Position numbers and translations under genes: made by a program. A DNA stretch of 64,000 bases from NCBI GenBank assembly GCA_963791045.1, contig CAWBQK010000011.1, forward strand, positions 160,001 through 224,000, read 5' to 3'. The notes beneath the pieces are model-generated. The model did no database searches. It had not been told where the DNA came from and saw nothing but the letters and a program-made list of their open reading frames with translations. Positions 32,325 to 44,032 of this stretch are shown piece by piece; position 1 is the stretch's first letter, and the number at the start of each line of letters is the position of its first letter. Source of the DNA: Candidatus Latescibacterota bacterium. Its GTDB lineage: Bacteria > Krumholzibacteriota > Krumholzibacteriia > WVZY01.

Positions 32325-34345
32325 TTATTTTGTGTCGCGGGATCGCGGCGGCAGTTCTTCTTTTATTGTTCCGCAGCGGAGCATTTCCGCCCCGTAAAAT
32401 GAATTCCACACGATGTCGACCGTCTGGAGCCAGAACGCTCCGCCGCCTTCGCGGGCCATCGGGCAGAACGTGATAAAGAAACTTTCGCCACCGGAATGGC
32501 CGAAACTCTCGTGGAGTTCGATTACGCTCTCCGACAGGTGGAAAAACGCGTCGCGCGCGATGGCGATGTCTTCCGCTTTGGCGATCCGTCTCGCGTTGGC
32601 GAGAAGCGGGTCGTGGAGAGACTGCCAGCTGTCGCGGCCTTTTTGCGACAGGCCCGCGCCTTTTTGTTTTGCGATCTCCGCGGCGAGGCCTGTGCCTGCT
32701 TTGCGTGTAGTAGAGAGATCGTCCTTTGCGAGTGCCATCTGAACGGCGAAGTATGTACCATAGATCGGTGTGAAAGCCCTGGCGGCGTGGCTGCTTTCAT
32801 CAAATCGTTCTTCGTCGGCACCGGCGGCGCTAGTGTCGGCGGGTTGCTTCTGGCCGTCTTGCTGCGCGGCGGCATGCGTCGATCCCGCGCCGGCGCCCGA
32901 TGCCGACATCATGCTCGGCTTCGCCTGGATTTGAAGCTCGCTGTCGATTTTGAACGCGCCGTTCGTGACGACACGTTCGCCCTCTTCGATACCCGATTTG
33001 ACGATGTAGAAATCACCCGCGCGCGGCCCAAGCTCGATCTCGCGGCCCTCGAAAACGGGGGAGTCCGCGTCGGGGAGCTCGACATAAACGACGGCTCGGG
33101 CCCCCGTGATGAGCGGCGCGGTCGCGGGAATCAGAACGGGCGCGTCGTCAACGTTGGCCGCCAGGCCCGTGAAACCGAGAGACGCTGCCGGTACCAGATC
33201 CATCCCGCACACGTCGCATTTTCCGGGACCGTCCTTGACGACCTCCGGATGCATCGGCGAAATCCATTTGCCGGCGAGGTATTCGTCGATCACGTTGCCT
33301 TCGCCGTCGAGTCTTGATCGCACCGCGCCGCGGACAAACATGTCGGGTTTCAGGTTCCTGTTTTCGTTGTCGACAATCGCGCGGACGCGGACAGTGCGCG
33401 TGCCGGGATCAACTACCGGATCGATAAAGCTGATCGTCGCCTCGAACTTCTTGCCGGGAAAGCGACGGTGACTCGAACTCCAGCCGCTGGCCGAAACGGA
33501 GCCAGGGCAGATCGGATTCGTATGCTTCGAACATCACCCATAATTTTGACAGATCGGCGATTGTATAGATGCGTGTTCCCGTCGACACGTACATGCCCTC
33601 TTTTGCATCTTTGTGAATGACCACTCCGCCGATCGGGGCATACACGGTCAATGGTCGCTGGTCTTGCCCGTCGCCTCGATCGTTTCGATTTGCTCGGGGG
33701 TGAGTCCGAAAAACGGAGCTTTTCACGGGTGGCGTCGACGGTGGCGTCTGCGGTCGAGCGCAGGATGTTGCTTGTTGTTTTGTTGAGCGCTTCGACGGCC
33801 GCCTTTGCCTGTATCAGCTCTTCCTGAGTGGCGAGAAGTTCCGGCGAATACAAGAGGACCATGTGATCGCCCTTGCCGACCGTCATCCCGGTGTAGTCGG
33901 CGTAGAGGCGGTCGATGCGGCCGGGAACCCACGCCGTTATGTACGCGAGCCTCGACTCGTCGTGCGTCGATCTTGCCGACCATCCGAACTTCGGCTTCGG
34001 CGAAAGCGCGTGTCGCCGGTGTCGTTTCGATCCGTGCCAGCTGTTTTGCCGTGTCCGACATCCTGATCTGGCGCGGACCGAGTTCGTCACCGGAGTCCGG
34101 TCTCGAGCGGGATCAGATCCATGTAACAGATCGGGCATTTGCCGTTTTTGGGGCAGTTTGATTTGCGGGTGCATCGAGCATGTCCACACAGCCGCCTCTT
34201 CGGATGCGGCGGTATGTTCGTGACCTTGTTGGACGTCGGCATCGCTGCCCCGACCGCCGTTGCCTCCGAAGAGGAGAGCGCCGAGAACGAACGCGGCGAC
34301 AGCGACACCAATCAGACTGAACGTTATGGTCTTATTGAATTTCAT
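32325..34345 (-). CDS. cusB: CusB-type RND periplasmic adaptor with heavy-metal-binding domains and DUF3347-like C-terminus (frameshifted)
   Basis: WTCSMHPQI..GKCPICYMDL, YSPELLATQEEL, IADLSKLWV, SPMHPEV..GKCDVCGMDL and FCPMA..GAFWLQ...MLRCG. Confidence 0.85.
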
Positions 34346-35728
34346 TGAAGATCCTCGCCGGTGAGCATTTCGATTTCGGCGCGTGTGATTGCCAGATCGG
34401 TCAGCGCGCGTTCGTAGCCAAGTTGAAATTCGAGCCACTGCCGCTGGGCGTCGAGCAAATTGAGAAAGTCGGTTTCGCCGGACTGGAATGCCGTGTAGCT
34501 TGCGTTGAGCGCCTGTTCGGCCTTGGGGACGAGGCCGTCGCGGTAGAGACGAGTTTTCCTTAGCGCGTCGGTGTGACGGAATACTATATCATCGACGAGG
34601 GCTTCGAGTTGATCCGCCGCCGCCGCGCGGGCGTACCGCGCTCGTCTGTAGTCCGCCTCAGCGGCCCTTTTCCGCGACTTGTTTTTGCCAAACCAGATCG
34701 GGACGTTGAGCACCGACGCTCGCCATCCATGCATCCTTGCCGCTGTCCTTTATCGTCGGGTCGATGGCGTCGCCGATTCCGAAATACTCGACACCCACGG
34801 TTAGGTCCGGCCACGATGTCTTGCCCGCATGCCGTTTGTTCGCGGATTGTTCGCGAACTATAAAATCGAGCGATCTCAAGTCGGGGTTATTGGCCATTAC
34901 TCGGACCGATACGTCTTCTTTGTTGAAATCAGTTTCGTCGACGGTAATCGCTTCGGGGATCATCAATGCCCCGTCGCCGACGAGACCAACAGCAGCGCGA
35001 AGGCGCGCCTCGGCGGGTTCGATCCGATCCTCGAGAGAGAGGAGGCGGTCCTCGAGCCGGCCCAGTTCGACCTGGGCCTTGATAACATCGGGATGCTGAG
35101 TAAGCGCGACCCGGTACCTGGCGCGAATCACTGATTCCCAGAATTTCAACAGCTCGAGATTGTCGCGTGTGATCGCGATGTCGCGGCCGAGAAAGTAGTA
35201 TTCATAGTACGCGGACTTCACACGGTAGAAAATCGCGAGCTTTTCGGATTGAAAGCGTTCGTAGGCGGCGCTCGCCGCTTCGAGCGACACGTCTTTTTGT
35301 GCGCCACGTTTGCCGAACCAGGGAAGAGTCTGGCGCAGAGCCGCCCGTGATTTTTGCGGACCGACACGGGTCTCGATACTTTCGACAAAGTAACCGAATG
35401 TAAAGTTGGGATCGGGAAGCGCACCCGTGTAACCGGACTTTTCCAACGCCGACTTCCACCCGTAGAAAGCCGACTTGAGCGCGGGGCTCTGGTTCGCCGC
35501 GAGCGCGAGTAACGCGTCGAGGTCGCAGCCGGTTCGTTGCTCGAAGGTTCCGGCGTGCTCGGCCGAATCGAATGCAGTGGCGAGCGAATCGCGAGAGCTC
35601 GTGGTCGGTGCCCCGGTGAGCCCGGACTTCCAGATCGGTCGATGTCGCCGTTGTGAGTCCTGCCCAAGCGGGGCCGGACGTCATGGCGCGGACACACAAA
35701 GCATTGCTTTAAATATATTTATCTTCAT
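34342..35728 (-). CDS. TolC family outer membrane efflux protein (frameshifted)
   Basis: LPDPNF....IETRVGPQ..QTLPWFGK, DVIKAQVE and FLNLLDAQR; its stop overlaps the cusB start (ATGA). Confidence 0.85.
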
Positions 35729-35801
35729 ATGGTATCGATTCATTTCTTATGTTGACGAGATCACAAACTGGCGCCGCTCCGAGGCAGGCGATTATCTATA
35801 G

Positions 35802-35817
35802 TACAAGTAATGTGCCA
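35802..35817 (-). promoter_or_regulatory. Sigma54 (-24/-12) type promoter of the tolC-cusB-cusA operon
   Basis: Minus strand TGGCAC-ATTAC-TTGTA versus consensus TGGCAC-N5-TTGCW. Confidence 0.6.
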
Positions 35818-35879
35818 TACACTTATTCTGTTGTATACAAAAAGATAATTCGAGATGGGTTGGGCGGGCGACTCAAAAG

Positions 35880-35916
35880 TGTAGAATAGTCTACAGCTAG
35901 TGTAGGAAATTCTACA
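35880..35916. promoter_or_regulatory. Tandem palindromes TGTAG-N6-CTACA, probable activator binding sites
   Basis: tgtag-aatagt-ctaca (35880-35895) and tgtag-gaaatt-ctaca (35901-35916), 21 bp apart. Confidence 0.7.
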
Positions 35917-36119
35917 GTTCTGGTGGCAGGGCGGCGCGCGAAACGACGTCCTTATTCGTCATTATAGGTTTATCTCGTGACGTGCCAAACAGGTACAGGG
36001 CGACGGGTCCCAAGGCGATTTGCTGGTCTGTGCATTGCCCTATCATTCCCCGAGACTTTCAATTATTCTTCCCACGAGTTTTGTTCGACATCTATATGGC
36101 AGTGACAAGGAGGATCTCG

Positions 36120-36482
36120 ATGAAAAGCTTTGTAACCTTATCGCTGATGGTCGCGCTGGTGATCGCCGTTGGTGTGTTTGTTGGATGCAGTAGTTCCGAG
36201 ACCGAAGAAGCGGCAACCGCGGCCCAGGGAACCGTGGACAAGGCGAAGGAAGTGGCGGCGACGGCGGAAGAGAAAGTCGTCGATCTGGCCTCTTTCGACA
36301 ATCCCAAGGTGGGAGTGTGTCCCGTGTGCAAGATGAATGTTGAAGCGGCCTACGTTGAAATCGCCAAGGTGGATGAAAAAGAGTACGCGTGTTGTTCGGA
36401 GCGTTGTGTTGCGATGCTCCAGGAAACTCCGGACAAGTATCTCATGGCTGAGGCCACCGGCCACGAAGGTCACAATCACTAG
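36120..36482 (+). CDS. Lipoprotein with YHS/TRASH-like metal-binding domain
   Basis: Lipobox FVGC; CPVCKMNV...YACCSERC; His-rich tail HEGHNH; SD aggagg. Confidence 0.8.
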   Translation: MKSFVTLSLMVALVIAVGVFVGCSSSETEEAATAAQGTVDKAKEVAATAEEKVVDLASFDNPKVGVCPVCKMNVEAAYVEIAKVDEKEYACCSERCVAMLQETPDKYLMAEATGHEGHNH

Positions 36483-36509
36483 ACGGATTACGCATCTTTG
36501 ATACACAAT

Positions 36510-36550
36510 GACCCTGCCGTTCTTTTCATGAGCGGCAGGGTCTTTTATTT
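36510..36550 (+). terminator. Intrinsic terminator
   Basis: gaccctgccg...cggcagggtc followed by ttttattt. Confidence 0.75.
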
Positions 36551-36573
36551 GACCCGTCGAGATTTTGCCTCAA

Positions 36574-36987
36574 CTATTCTTCAATGATGATTTCGAAATC
36601 AATAGGCGCTGTCTTCATGAGCATTGCGCTCACTCCGCAGTATTGATCCTGGCTCAACTCCACGGCCCGTTCGACTTTTTCCCTGGGGATGTCCTTGCCC
36701 TTCAGGCGGTAGGTGATTTTCACGCTCTTGAACACCTTCGGATGTTCATCGGTGAGTTCCGCCTCGGTTTCGACACTGAACGCCTCGGGCTCAATCCGCA
36801 TTTTTCGCAGGATGCTGATGACATCCATCGCCGTGCATCCGGCAAGCGACGTCAGCATGAGCCCCTTTGGTTTCGGCCCCTTGTCCGTTCCACCGAAATT
36901 CGCGTCAGCGTCGATCGGGATTTCGAACCCGTCCAGTTCCCCCATAAAGTGCATGCCTTCTTTGAGGACGACTTTTGATTTGACCAT
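36574..36987 (-). CDS. OsmC/YhfA family protein
   Basis: GPKPKGLMLTSLAGCTAMDV...LSQDQYCGVS motif. Confidence 0.9.
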   Translation of the reverse strand: MVKSKVVLKEGMHFMGELDGFEIPIDADANFGGTDKGPKPKGLMLTSLAGCTAMDVISILRKMRIEPEAFSVETEAELTDEHPKVFKSVKITYRLKGKDIPREKVERAVELSQDQYCGVSAMLMKTAPIDFEIIIEE

Positions 36988-37098
36988 TTAAGCTCCTTTA
37001 CCTCGTCACACTCGCGTCCGGCCGACAATCCGCACAATCGTTGATGACAGTGTAACCGTCTCGTCGAATGGATTCAACTGTTGCCTTGGGATGGGTTC

Positions 37099-38774
37099 TC
37101 ACTCAAGCAGGACGATCTTGCGGGTCGAAACGCCTCGGGGTGATTTCAAACGGAGAAAATAAACACCCGTTCCGACTCGCTGTCCTCGTGAGTCGCGGGC
37201 GTCCCAGGTGATGGTGTGGTCAACGCGTGTTTGCGGCTTGTTGACGAGGGTCTTTACCAGGCGGCCCTGGACATCGTACACCGCGAGCACGACGGGTCCC
37301 GGGGCGGGAGTGGTGTAAGAAATCGTGGTCGAGGGGTTAAACGGATTCGGGTGCGCGCGGAGGTCGTTCGCCGCGTGCGCCGGGGCGTCGTGGATACCCA
37401 CGGCGGTGTTCCCAAGTTTGACGAGGTAGACGTCTTCCTCCCCTGTGCATGTCATCACACCGCCGCCGAAATCGATGTCGCCCTTGAATCCTCCGGCGGC
37501 GATGATGTTGTTTGACGGGTCGATCGCCATCTCCTTGCCGAGTTGATATTCTGCGTCACCGTAGTGTTCGCTCCACAAGTGGTTGCCCGCGGTATCGAAC
37601 CTGGCCAGAAATGCGTCGAAGACACCGGTGCAAACGTGGGGGCCGCCGCCGAAGTCGGCGCTTTTCCAGAAATGCCCCGTCAAAATCGTGTTCCCCGAAT
37701 CGTCGAAAGCGACACTCGTTCCTTCGTCGAAGCCCGAGTCGCCGTAGACGGCACTCCACATATGCGCCCCCGTGGAGTCGAACTTCGCGAGAAAAATATC
37801 GCCGTGTTCGACGTTGCTCAACGGGCCGCCGCCAAAATCGACGGTCCCTCTGATATATCCGGTCAATGCGATATTGTCGCTCGCGTCGCAAGCGACATCG
37901 GTGGCGCCATGCGACCCGGGGTCGCCGAACACCTGGCTCCAGATGTGATCTCCATCTTGGGAGAATTTTGCAAAAAAATGTCACAACCACTGTGGTCACC
38001 AAGGAGCGGGCCGCCACCCAAGTTGATTTCGTCGTGAAAAACCCCCACGACAATTATGTCGCCGGCGCCATCAACCGTGACCGCGGTGCCGCGCTGGTGA
38101 TCGGTCGAGCCGAACGACTGGCTCCAAACGTGGTTGCCGTCAGGGTCGAACTTCGCGGCGAACGCGTCGGTGTCGTCGACGCAGGTCAAGATGCCGCCGC
38201 CAAAGTCAACCTCGCCGACGAACCAACCCGTAATGATGATATTGTCTGAACCGTCTATGGCGAGGTGTTCAACGTTTTCGTCGTCGAGTAGGCTGCCGTC
38301 GAATCGTTTGCTCCAAAGGTGATTGCCCGCCGGATCAAATTTTGCGACGTAGATGTCGAGCCCGCCGCTTGTTGTCAGTTCTCCGCCCCCAAAATCGGCT
38401 TTGTAGTGCATGTGGCCGATGAGGATCACATTGCCCGCCGAGTCGAATGCGACGCCCGTTCCGTATTGATAGTCATAGTCACCGAACTTTTTGCTCCAGA
38501 GATGATTGCCATCGGAGTCAAACTTTGCGAGAAAGATATCAAATTGGTCTTCCCACAGCGAACTCGTCAGGTTGCCTCCGCCGAAATTCACCTTTCCCCA
38601 GAAGTCACCGGCGATAATGATATTCCCGTTGGCATCGGTGTCGACGCCCTTGACGGTCTGGAGGTTTGTGTCTCCGTAGCTGTAGCTCCACATGTGCGGG
38701 GGGAAATCGGCGTGGGCCGTATAAGGCAATATAATGACAAGAGTTAACGAGATAAGGATTGTGAGGCACCGCAT
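37099..38774 (-). CDS. Secreted beta-propeller (SBBP-like repeat) protein with FlgD-Ig/T9SS-type CTD (frameshift near 37950)
   Basis: Repeats of DFGGG.L...D.FLAKFD..GNHLWS; signal peptide; AHPNPFNP...GVYFLRL...KIVLLE. Confidence 0.85.
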
Positions 38775-38835
38775 AGGAATCAGCGTCCGGTCAGAGGAAT
38801 AGCGAACTGCGGTTCATCAATCTAATTATAGCACT

Positions 38836-41800
38836 TTATTTCAGCATCACCATTTTCTTTGTTTTCGTGGTGGTTGGTGATTCAAGCCTGTAGAAGTAAA
38901 CACCCGAAGCTACATGGTGCCCCGCCTGGTTGTCTCCATGCCAGCTGATGACATATCGTCCCGGCATCCTGTGCCCGCTGTAGAGATCTCGCACCAGGGC
39001 CCCGCTGGCGTCAAAAACGCGCACCGACACCTTTCCAGCACTCGCGATGTCGTACTTGATGAGTGTCGTCGGGTTGAACGGATTGGGATAGTTTTGATGT
39101 AGCGCCGTCGATGTGGGCAGCGGCGGCAATGGGGTATCGCCAACAAACGTCTCACTTCCGATGACGAGCGTAAACCGCGTATCGATCTCTTCTGCGACCA
39201 CGTCGCTCTCGGCGAGATAGAACGCGTAACGGTTGTTGTCGCGCAAGTTGACGACTTGTCGCATCTCGTGGTCGATGAGATGCGCTCCGGCCTCGGCTGG
39301 CACGCCCGAAAGTCCGTCGAACTCGAGTTCGACCTCGTCACCGACGGGATTGTCGGTGAAGGTTTTGCCTACATCAAAACGCCAGGCCTGACCCCATGCG
39401 ATCTCGTTGGATGCGAGAGCCTCTACCTGGTTCGCGTCGAGAGCTATGTAGCCCGATCGGATGTCGGTAGTGTATGCGCCCGGGTGAGTTTTCCACGAGG
39501 AATGTGGGAAGTAGAGGGAGAGCATCCGCCCAGGCCCCATCGGCGCTTCTGCCCGGTCACGGGGGTCCCACGAGGCATCGGCGTCTTTGTTGATTCCAAC
39601 AAGGTTGAAGGCGTCATGCGCGCCAACCGAAGACGCGATGATGCGGATAGTCCACTCTTCGGTATCTTCGCCGTCAGGCACCTGGTCGGGCGGTGGTTGG
39701 GTCGCCTCTTCGATAGCTTCGACCGGCGGCATGGCAAGAACCACAGGCGACGACGAGAGGTTCTTGATCCAGTACGCATAGAACGGGTACATGTTGTCAA
39801 TCTCATAGTCGTACATCCCGTCTTCTGACCAGCCCACCGGCGTCTGGATGATGCCGGAGTCAACCGCCTGGGGTGCGGTGAGGGAGTCGACTGCCATCGA
39901 GTCCCAGTCGACCGCAAAAACGAATGGATGCCCGATCTGGTTCCACCCGGGTTCGAGGGTTATCTCGTAAGGGCCCTCGGTCGAGACCGACGTTCCCGTA
40001 ATCGGTGCCGTGGAGATGCGGTGCGTATCCCGGGAAATGAGCCAGAAGCCTCTTTCGGGAGCGAGATAGAACAACTCATCGTCTCCTTCACTCGAGAGCT
40101 CTCTATAGGCGCCGTCCTCACGCGAATACCGGAAACACCTCCACTGCATCGGATCGTAAGGGCCGAACTCGTGCTGGTCGGAAAGAATTGACAAAAGGGA
40201 TCCCGTGAAATCTCCGCCGAAGTCCATCGGCACGGATACCATCCGAAAGCGTTCGCCTGGATATGATAAGCGTTCTTCAAGGTCGTCAACGATCACCTGC
40301 AGAGCGTAGGGGTTCTGCTCCGGGTCGTTCGGTGGGTCGGTGAGCGTCGTGGTCGCCGTTTGAATCTCAGCCCAGTACTCGACACCACGTTCGGCGACGA
40401 GCGAGTCGGGGATGGTGGCGAACGGGAGATCCTCTTCGAGAGCGAAAGGAACCTCCACGAAGAGGTGCGCGGCTCCCTCTCGGCAGTGAAGCATCCCCGA
40501 CACGAACTCCGTTCCCTGTGGGAGCCCGACGGCGACGCGGATGCTTCGGCCCTCCAGAAAACCTTGTTCGCCGGTCGGAACCGGAGTGGTGGTTAAAGAG
40601 ACCGGCGGCTCGACCCAACGGTGGTGACAGGCTTCCGGCGCCCCCGGGGGATCGGTGGTCTCTACGCAATCGTTGACCACCCTCACATAGTAATCGATCC
40701 CCGTTTCAGTCACGTGTTCACCGGGTATAATGCCCGCGAATCCGAGTGAATTTGCCGAAAGCGCGACGCTGTCGGCAAACGCCGCTCGCCCACTGGACCG
40801 ATAGTACAGAAATCCATATTCCACCTGAACGTCGGGCGCCGGCGCCACCATTACCGACACCGCGTCACCAAGCGGCAAGATCTCGGTCTCGCTCAGGAGC
40901 GTCGACTTGAACTCGAGCGCCCGGACATCGGACGCGACATTAACCGTGGTCGTCGGTTTGAGGGGATCCGAACTCGTGATCGTCAACGGTCCAGCTATCT
41001 CCAAGTCTTGACACGGCTGAATACAAACGCTGACCGTATCACTGTCTCCCGCAGGAACAACAAACGGGAAAGAACGCCCAATTGCCATCTCGATGGACGG
41101 CAGTGATATCGACTCGATCGAAAGCGGCCCCGTGCCGGTGTTCATGATAACGAGATCGAGGCACGTTGTGTCACCCACAGTGACGGTCGGGAAGACCAGT
41201 TCGTATGAGGGCACGGTGATCTCGGGTCTTGACGGGGTGAGCCGTCCGACGTTCGAAAGATGTGTCGCCACGCTTTGTATCTCACTCACACGTGACGGAG
41301 CTGAAACCGTGCGGATACGAAGCACAATGTCCCGATGGTCAAACGGTATTTGGAGAATGTTCCAATCGAAACTGTGCGGTGTTCCCTCGGGAGATGATGC
41401 GAGAGGTCCGATCGCACCGGTTTCACCAGGGACGTCCACCTCAAACCACGTCGGATTGCCTTCAAACTGATAGTTAAGCAGGATCCAAACGGGATCGGAT
41501 TCGACGTCTACCGCTTCGAGTTGAATCTGAGCGAAGTTATCGCCGCTGGGGTCGAGCGTGACCCACCTGACCCAAGCTCCATTGTTCGGGAGCGAGTGGG
41601 TGGGATTCTCAGGATCGCCCTTGTACGGTGGTTGCTTTTTGCCGCGTAGGAGCCCGTTCGATTCGAAATCCAGTTGGTAGCCCGTGGCTAATGCCAGATC
41701 GAAATCTCCGTCTCCGTCTACATCCCCGACGGCGATGCCACGGAGTGCCCTTAGCCCTGGTGTGGTATTGTCGATGTCGATCGTGTATCCCGGCTCTATT

Positions 41801-43956
41801 TCGATCCCTCCTCCATCGTTGAAATACCAGTTGACCACACCATAGGCTTGAAGACACATCAGATCGAGATCGCCATCACCATCCCAGTCTTTCAGGTAGA
41901 CCTTGGCAGAAGAAGAAACAGGGCCGGAGGACCATGCGGGATCGATCTCGAATGAAGTGCCGTTTCCGAGATAAACATGGTCCTTTTCCACGTTGCCGCA
42001 GGCGAGATCCAAATACCCATCGCCGTTAACATCGCCGATAGCGACGCTGATGTTAGATTCAGCGGGACGGGATATCCATTCCGGTGTTGAGGAGAATACG
42101 ATCCCGTTACCGAGATACGCATGGTTCGAGTAGCCGGGATCCTCTTGTTCGGGTGAGTCAGACATACCGCAGATCATGTCCAAATTTCCATCGAGGTTGA
42201 TATCCGCAAGAACGAGTGCCGAGACGGCCTCTTTGGTGAACCCCGCGAACCGGATAAACCAGTTGGGTGACACAGGGAAGAACGGTTCACTCTCATTGTT
42301 GTTCAGGAAAAGATCAATTCCTCCGGGCGGGTCGATCGAGTTGGGTTGGGGAATGGCGCTAACCAGGTCGGGCCGGCCGTTGCGATCCACGTCTCCCATC
42401 GCGAATTTGGCCAAATACCACGTGTTTTCCGCCCACAATGTCGATGTCGTCTGAAACGTCCCGCCGACATTGAGGTAATAACGGTATCCGCCACCAAAGA
42501 TGCCAACAAAATCAACAAACCCATCGCGATTGAGATCTTCGAGCTCGAGATGTCCGGCCCCAAACGTGTCGTCGGACTCCCAACCAGGCGCGGTACTCAA
42601 ACGTCCTCGATCATTCAGGTATACACAATCCCTGTTTGGTTCGGGGGCGTAGCCGACACCGTTTGAACATACGAGATCGAGGTCTCCATCGTTGTCGATA
42701 TCACCGAAAGCAATGCCCACGGTGGTTCGCTCATCATCGGACGTCCAGTCCGGCACATTTGTGTAGACCGGCGTGATATTGTTGAGGAGTATATTGAACG
42801 GATTAGAGGAGGCGGGCCCGCCGATCGCAAACAACAGATCGAGGTCCCCATCCGCGTCCATGTCTCCAAGGGAGACCCTCTGCTTCTGGCCGGGTGTCGT
42901 GATTTGCCAGTCCGCCGTTGTGTGAAGCACACCTCCGTCATTCACGTACAGTCTTGTGATTAGAGTTGCGTCCGCGAAGAGCACGTCGAGATCCCCATCA
43001 CCTTCCACATCACCGATCGTCATCGAGTGCGTCGTCACCGTCTCGTCGGTCTGCCACGACGGCGTTGTTTCCAGCATTCCGCCGGCGTTGACGTAAAGGA
43101 CATTCTTCTGACCTGCATACTCCCCATTTCCGCACAATAGATCCAGGTAGCCGTCCCCGTTCATGTCCCCGAGGGCGATTGCCTGTGTGGCCAGCTCATC
43201 GGAAGAGCGCCAGGAAGGCGTCGCTTCAAACATGCCGTCGTAGTTCAGGTACACCGTGTTCGCGGAACCGCTGCCATCGGAGTTGCCAAAAGCCACATCT
43301 AGATATCCGTTCCCATCGATATCTCCGAGGGCGAGAGCACGCGTGTCGAGCGAGTCGGCGCTCTCCCACGCTGGAGTGCTCTCGAACGTTTCACCGTTAT
43401 TGAGATAGAGGCGGTTGACTTTGTACCGGGGCAGGCCGGTTAAGGCGCCGTTCGCGCAAACGAGATCGAGATCACCGTCGTTGTCGACATCGCCAAGGAC
43501 GATTTCCTGAGTCAGCATGGTTATTCCGGATGTCCACGCGGGATACACTTCGAAGACGGCCGGGCCGCCGACATTGCGGTAGAGGTTTATTGCTCCGCTA
43601 TAGTTCCCGCAGACCAGGTCAAGATCCCCGTCTCCATCAACATCTCCAAGAGCGACCGAGTATGTCCCGTTGGATTGAAAAGACTGCCATGCAGGGGTTG
43701 TCGCCAGAGTGCCGCCGTTGTTCAAGTAGAGTGTATTCTTTTGGCTCTTGTTGCCGAAGACGACATCAAGATAGCCATCGAGATTCACGTCACCGACAGC
43801 TATACAGTAGGAGTCATTAGCCTGATCCGAAATCCAGATGGATTCCGTCGAAAAGTAGTCGTCCTGGGCGGACACATTTGCCCCTGAAATCCCCATGGTA
43901 ATGGCGACAAAGAGGAGCAGTCGTTTGATTGGGATAATGTCGCAACGCATAGTCAT
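38836..43956 (-). CDS. Secreted FG-GAP/VCBS repeat protein (14 repeats) with Ig-like domains and FlgD-Ig/T9SS-type CTD
   Basis: Fourteen GD.D.DG..D repeats; Ig-like FPTVTVG..NTGTGPL segment; QNYPNPFNP...GVYFYRL..KKMVMLK. Confidence 0.88.
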   Translation of the reverse strand: MTMRCDIIPIKRLLLFVAITMGISGANVSAQDDYFSTESIWISDQANDSYCIAVGDVNLDGYLDVVFGNKSQKNTLYLNNGGTLATTPAWQSFQSNGTYSVALGDVDGDGDLDLVCGNYSGAINLYRNVGGPAVFEVYPAWTSGITMLTQEIVLGDVDNDGDLDLVCANGALTGLPRYKVNRLYLNNGETFESTPAWESADSLDTRALALGDIDGNGYLDVAFGNSDGSGSANTVYLNYDGMFEATPSWRSSDELATQAIALGDMNGDGYLDLLCGNGEYAGQKNVLYVNAGGMLETTPSWQTDETVTTHSMTIGDVEGDGDLDVLFADATLITRLYVNDGGVLHTTADWQITTPGQKQRVSLGDMDADGDLDLLFAIGGPASSNPFNILLNNITPVYTNVPDWTSDDERTTVGIAFGDIDNDGDLDLVCSNGVGYAPEPNRDCVYLNDRGRLSTAPGWESDDTFGAGHLELEDLNRDGFVDFVGIFGGGYRYYLNVGGTFQTTSTLWAENTWYLAKFAMGDVDRNGRPDLVSAIPQPNSIDPPGGIDLFLNNNESEPFFPVSPNWFIRFAGFTKEAVSALVLADINLDGNLDMICGMSDSPEQEDPGYSNHAYLGNGIVFSSTPEWISRPAESNISVAIGDVNGDGYLDLACGNVEKDHVYLGNGTSFEIDPAWSSGPVSSSAKVYLKDWDGDGDLDLMCLQAYGVVNWYFNDGGGIEIEPGYTIDIDNTTPGLRALRGIAVGDVDGDGDFDLALATGYQLDFESNGLLRGKKQPPYKGDPENPTHSLPNNGAWVRWVTLDPSGDNFAQIQLEAVDVESDPVWILLNYQFEGNPTWFEVDVPGETGAIGPLASSPEGTPHSFDWNILQIPFDHRDIVLRIRTVSAPSRVSEIQSVATHLSNVGRLTPSRPEITVPSYELVFPTVTVGDTTCLDLVIMNTGTGPLSIESISLPSIEMAIGRSFPFVVPAGDSDTVSVCIQPCQDLEIAGPLTITSSDPLKPTTTVNVASDVRALEFKSTLLSETEILPLGDAVSVMVAPAPDVQVEYGFLYYRSSGRAAFADSVALSANSLGFAGIIPGEHVTETGIDYYVRVVNDCVETTDPPGAPEACHHRWVEPPVSLTTTPVPTGEQGFLEGRSIRVAVGLPQGTEFVSGMLHCREGAAHLFVEVPFALEEDLPFATIPDSLVAERGVEYWAEIQTATTTLTDPPNDPEQNPYALQVIVDDLEERLSYPGERFRMVSVPMDFGGDFTGSLLSILSDQHEFGPYDPMQWRCFRYSREDGAYRELSSEGDDELFYLAPERGFWLISRDTHRISTAPITGTSVSTEGPYEITLEPGWNQIGHPFVFAVDWDSMAVDSLTAPQAVDSGIIQTPVGWSEDGMYDYEIDNMYPFYAYWIKNLSSSPVVLAMPPVEAIEEATQPPPDQVPDGEDTEEWTIRIIASSVGAHDAFNLVGINKDADASWDPRDRAEAPMGPGRMLSLYFPHSSWKTHPGAYTTDIRSGYIALDANQVEALASNEIAWGQAWRFDVGKTFTDNPVGDEVELEFDGLSGVPAEAGAHLIDHEMRQVVNLRDNNRYAFYLAESDVVAEEIDTRFTLVIGSETFVGDTPLPPLPTSTALHQNYPNPFNPTTLIKYDIASAGKVSVRVFDASGALVRDLYSGHRMPGRYVISWHGDNQAGHHVASGVYFYRLESPTTTKTKKMVMLK

Positions 43957-44032
43957 CAGTTTCCTCGCAATTGTTAGTTATCCCCTTGGGAGCAAACGCT
44001 GTTAGCCGGCGCTCTCCTGGTTCGCTATGGAG

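Noticed and set aside
25724-35728. Mass pseudogenisation of ccmF, ccmE, cusA, cusB and tolC
   Set aside because: The breaks are scattered single-base indels, often in homopolymers, with motifs intact on both sides and clustered by region. This fits long-read consensus error better than decay; read-level confirmation is still needed.
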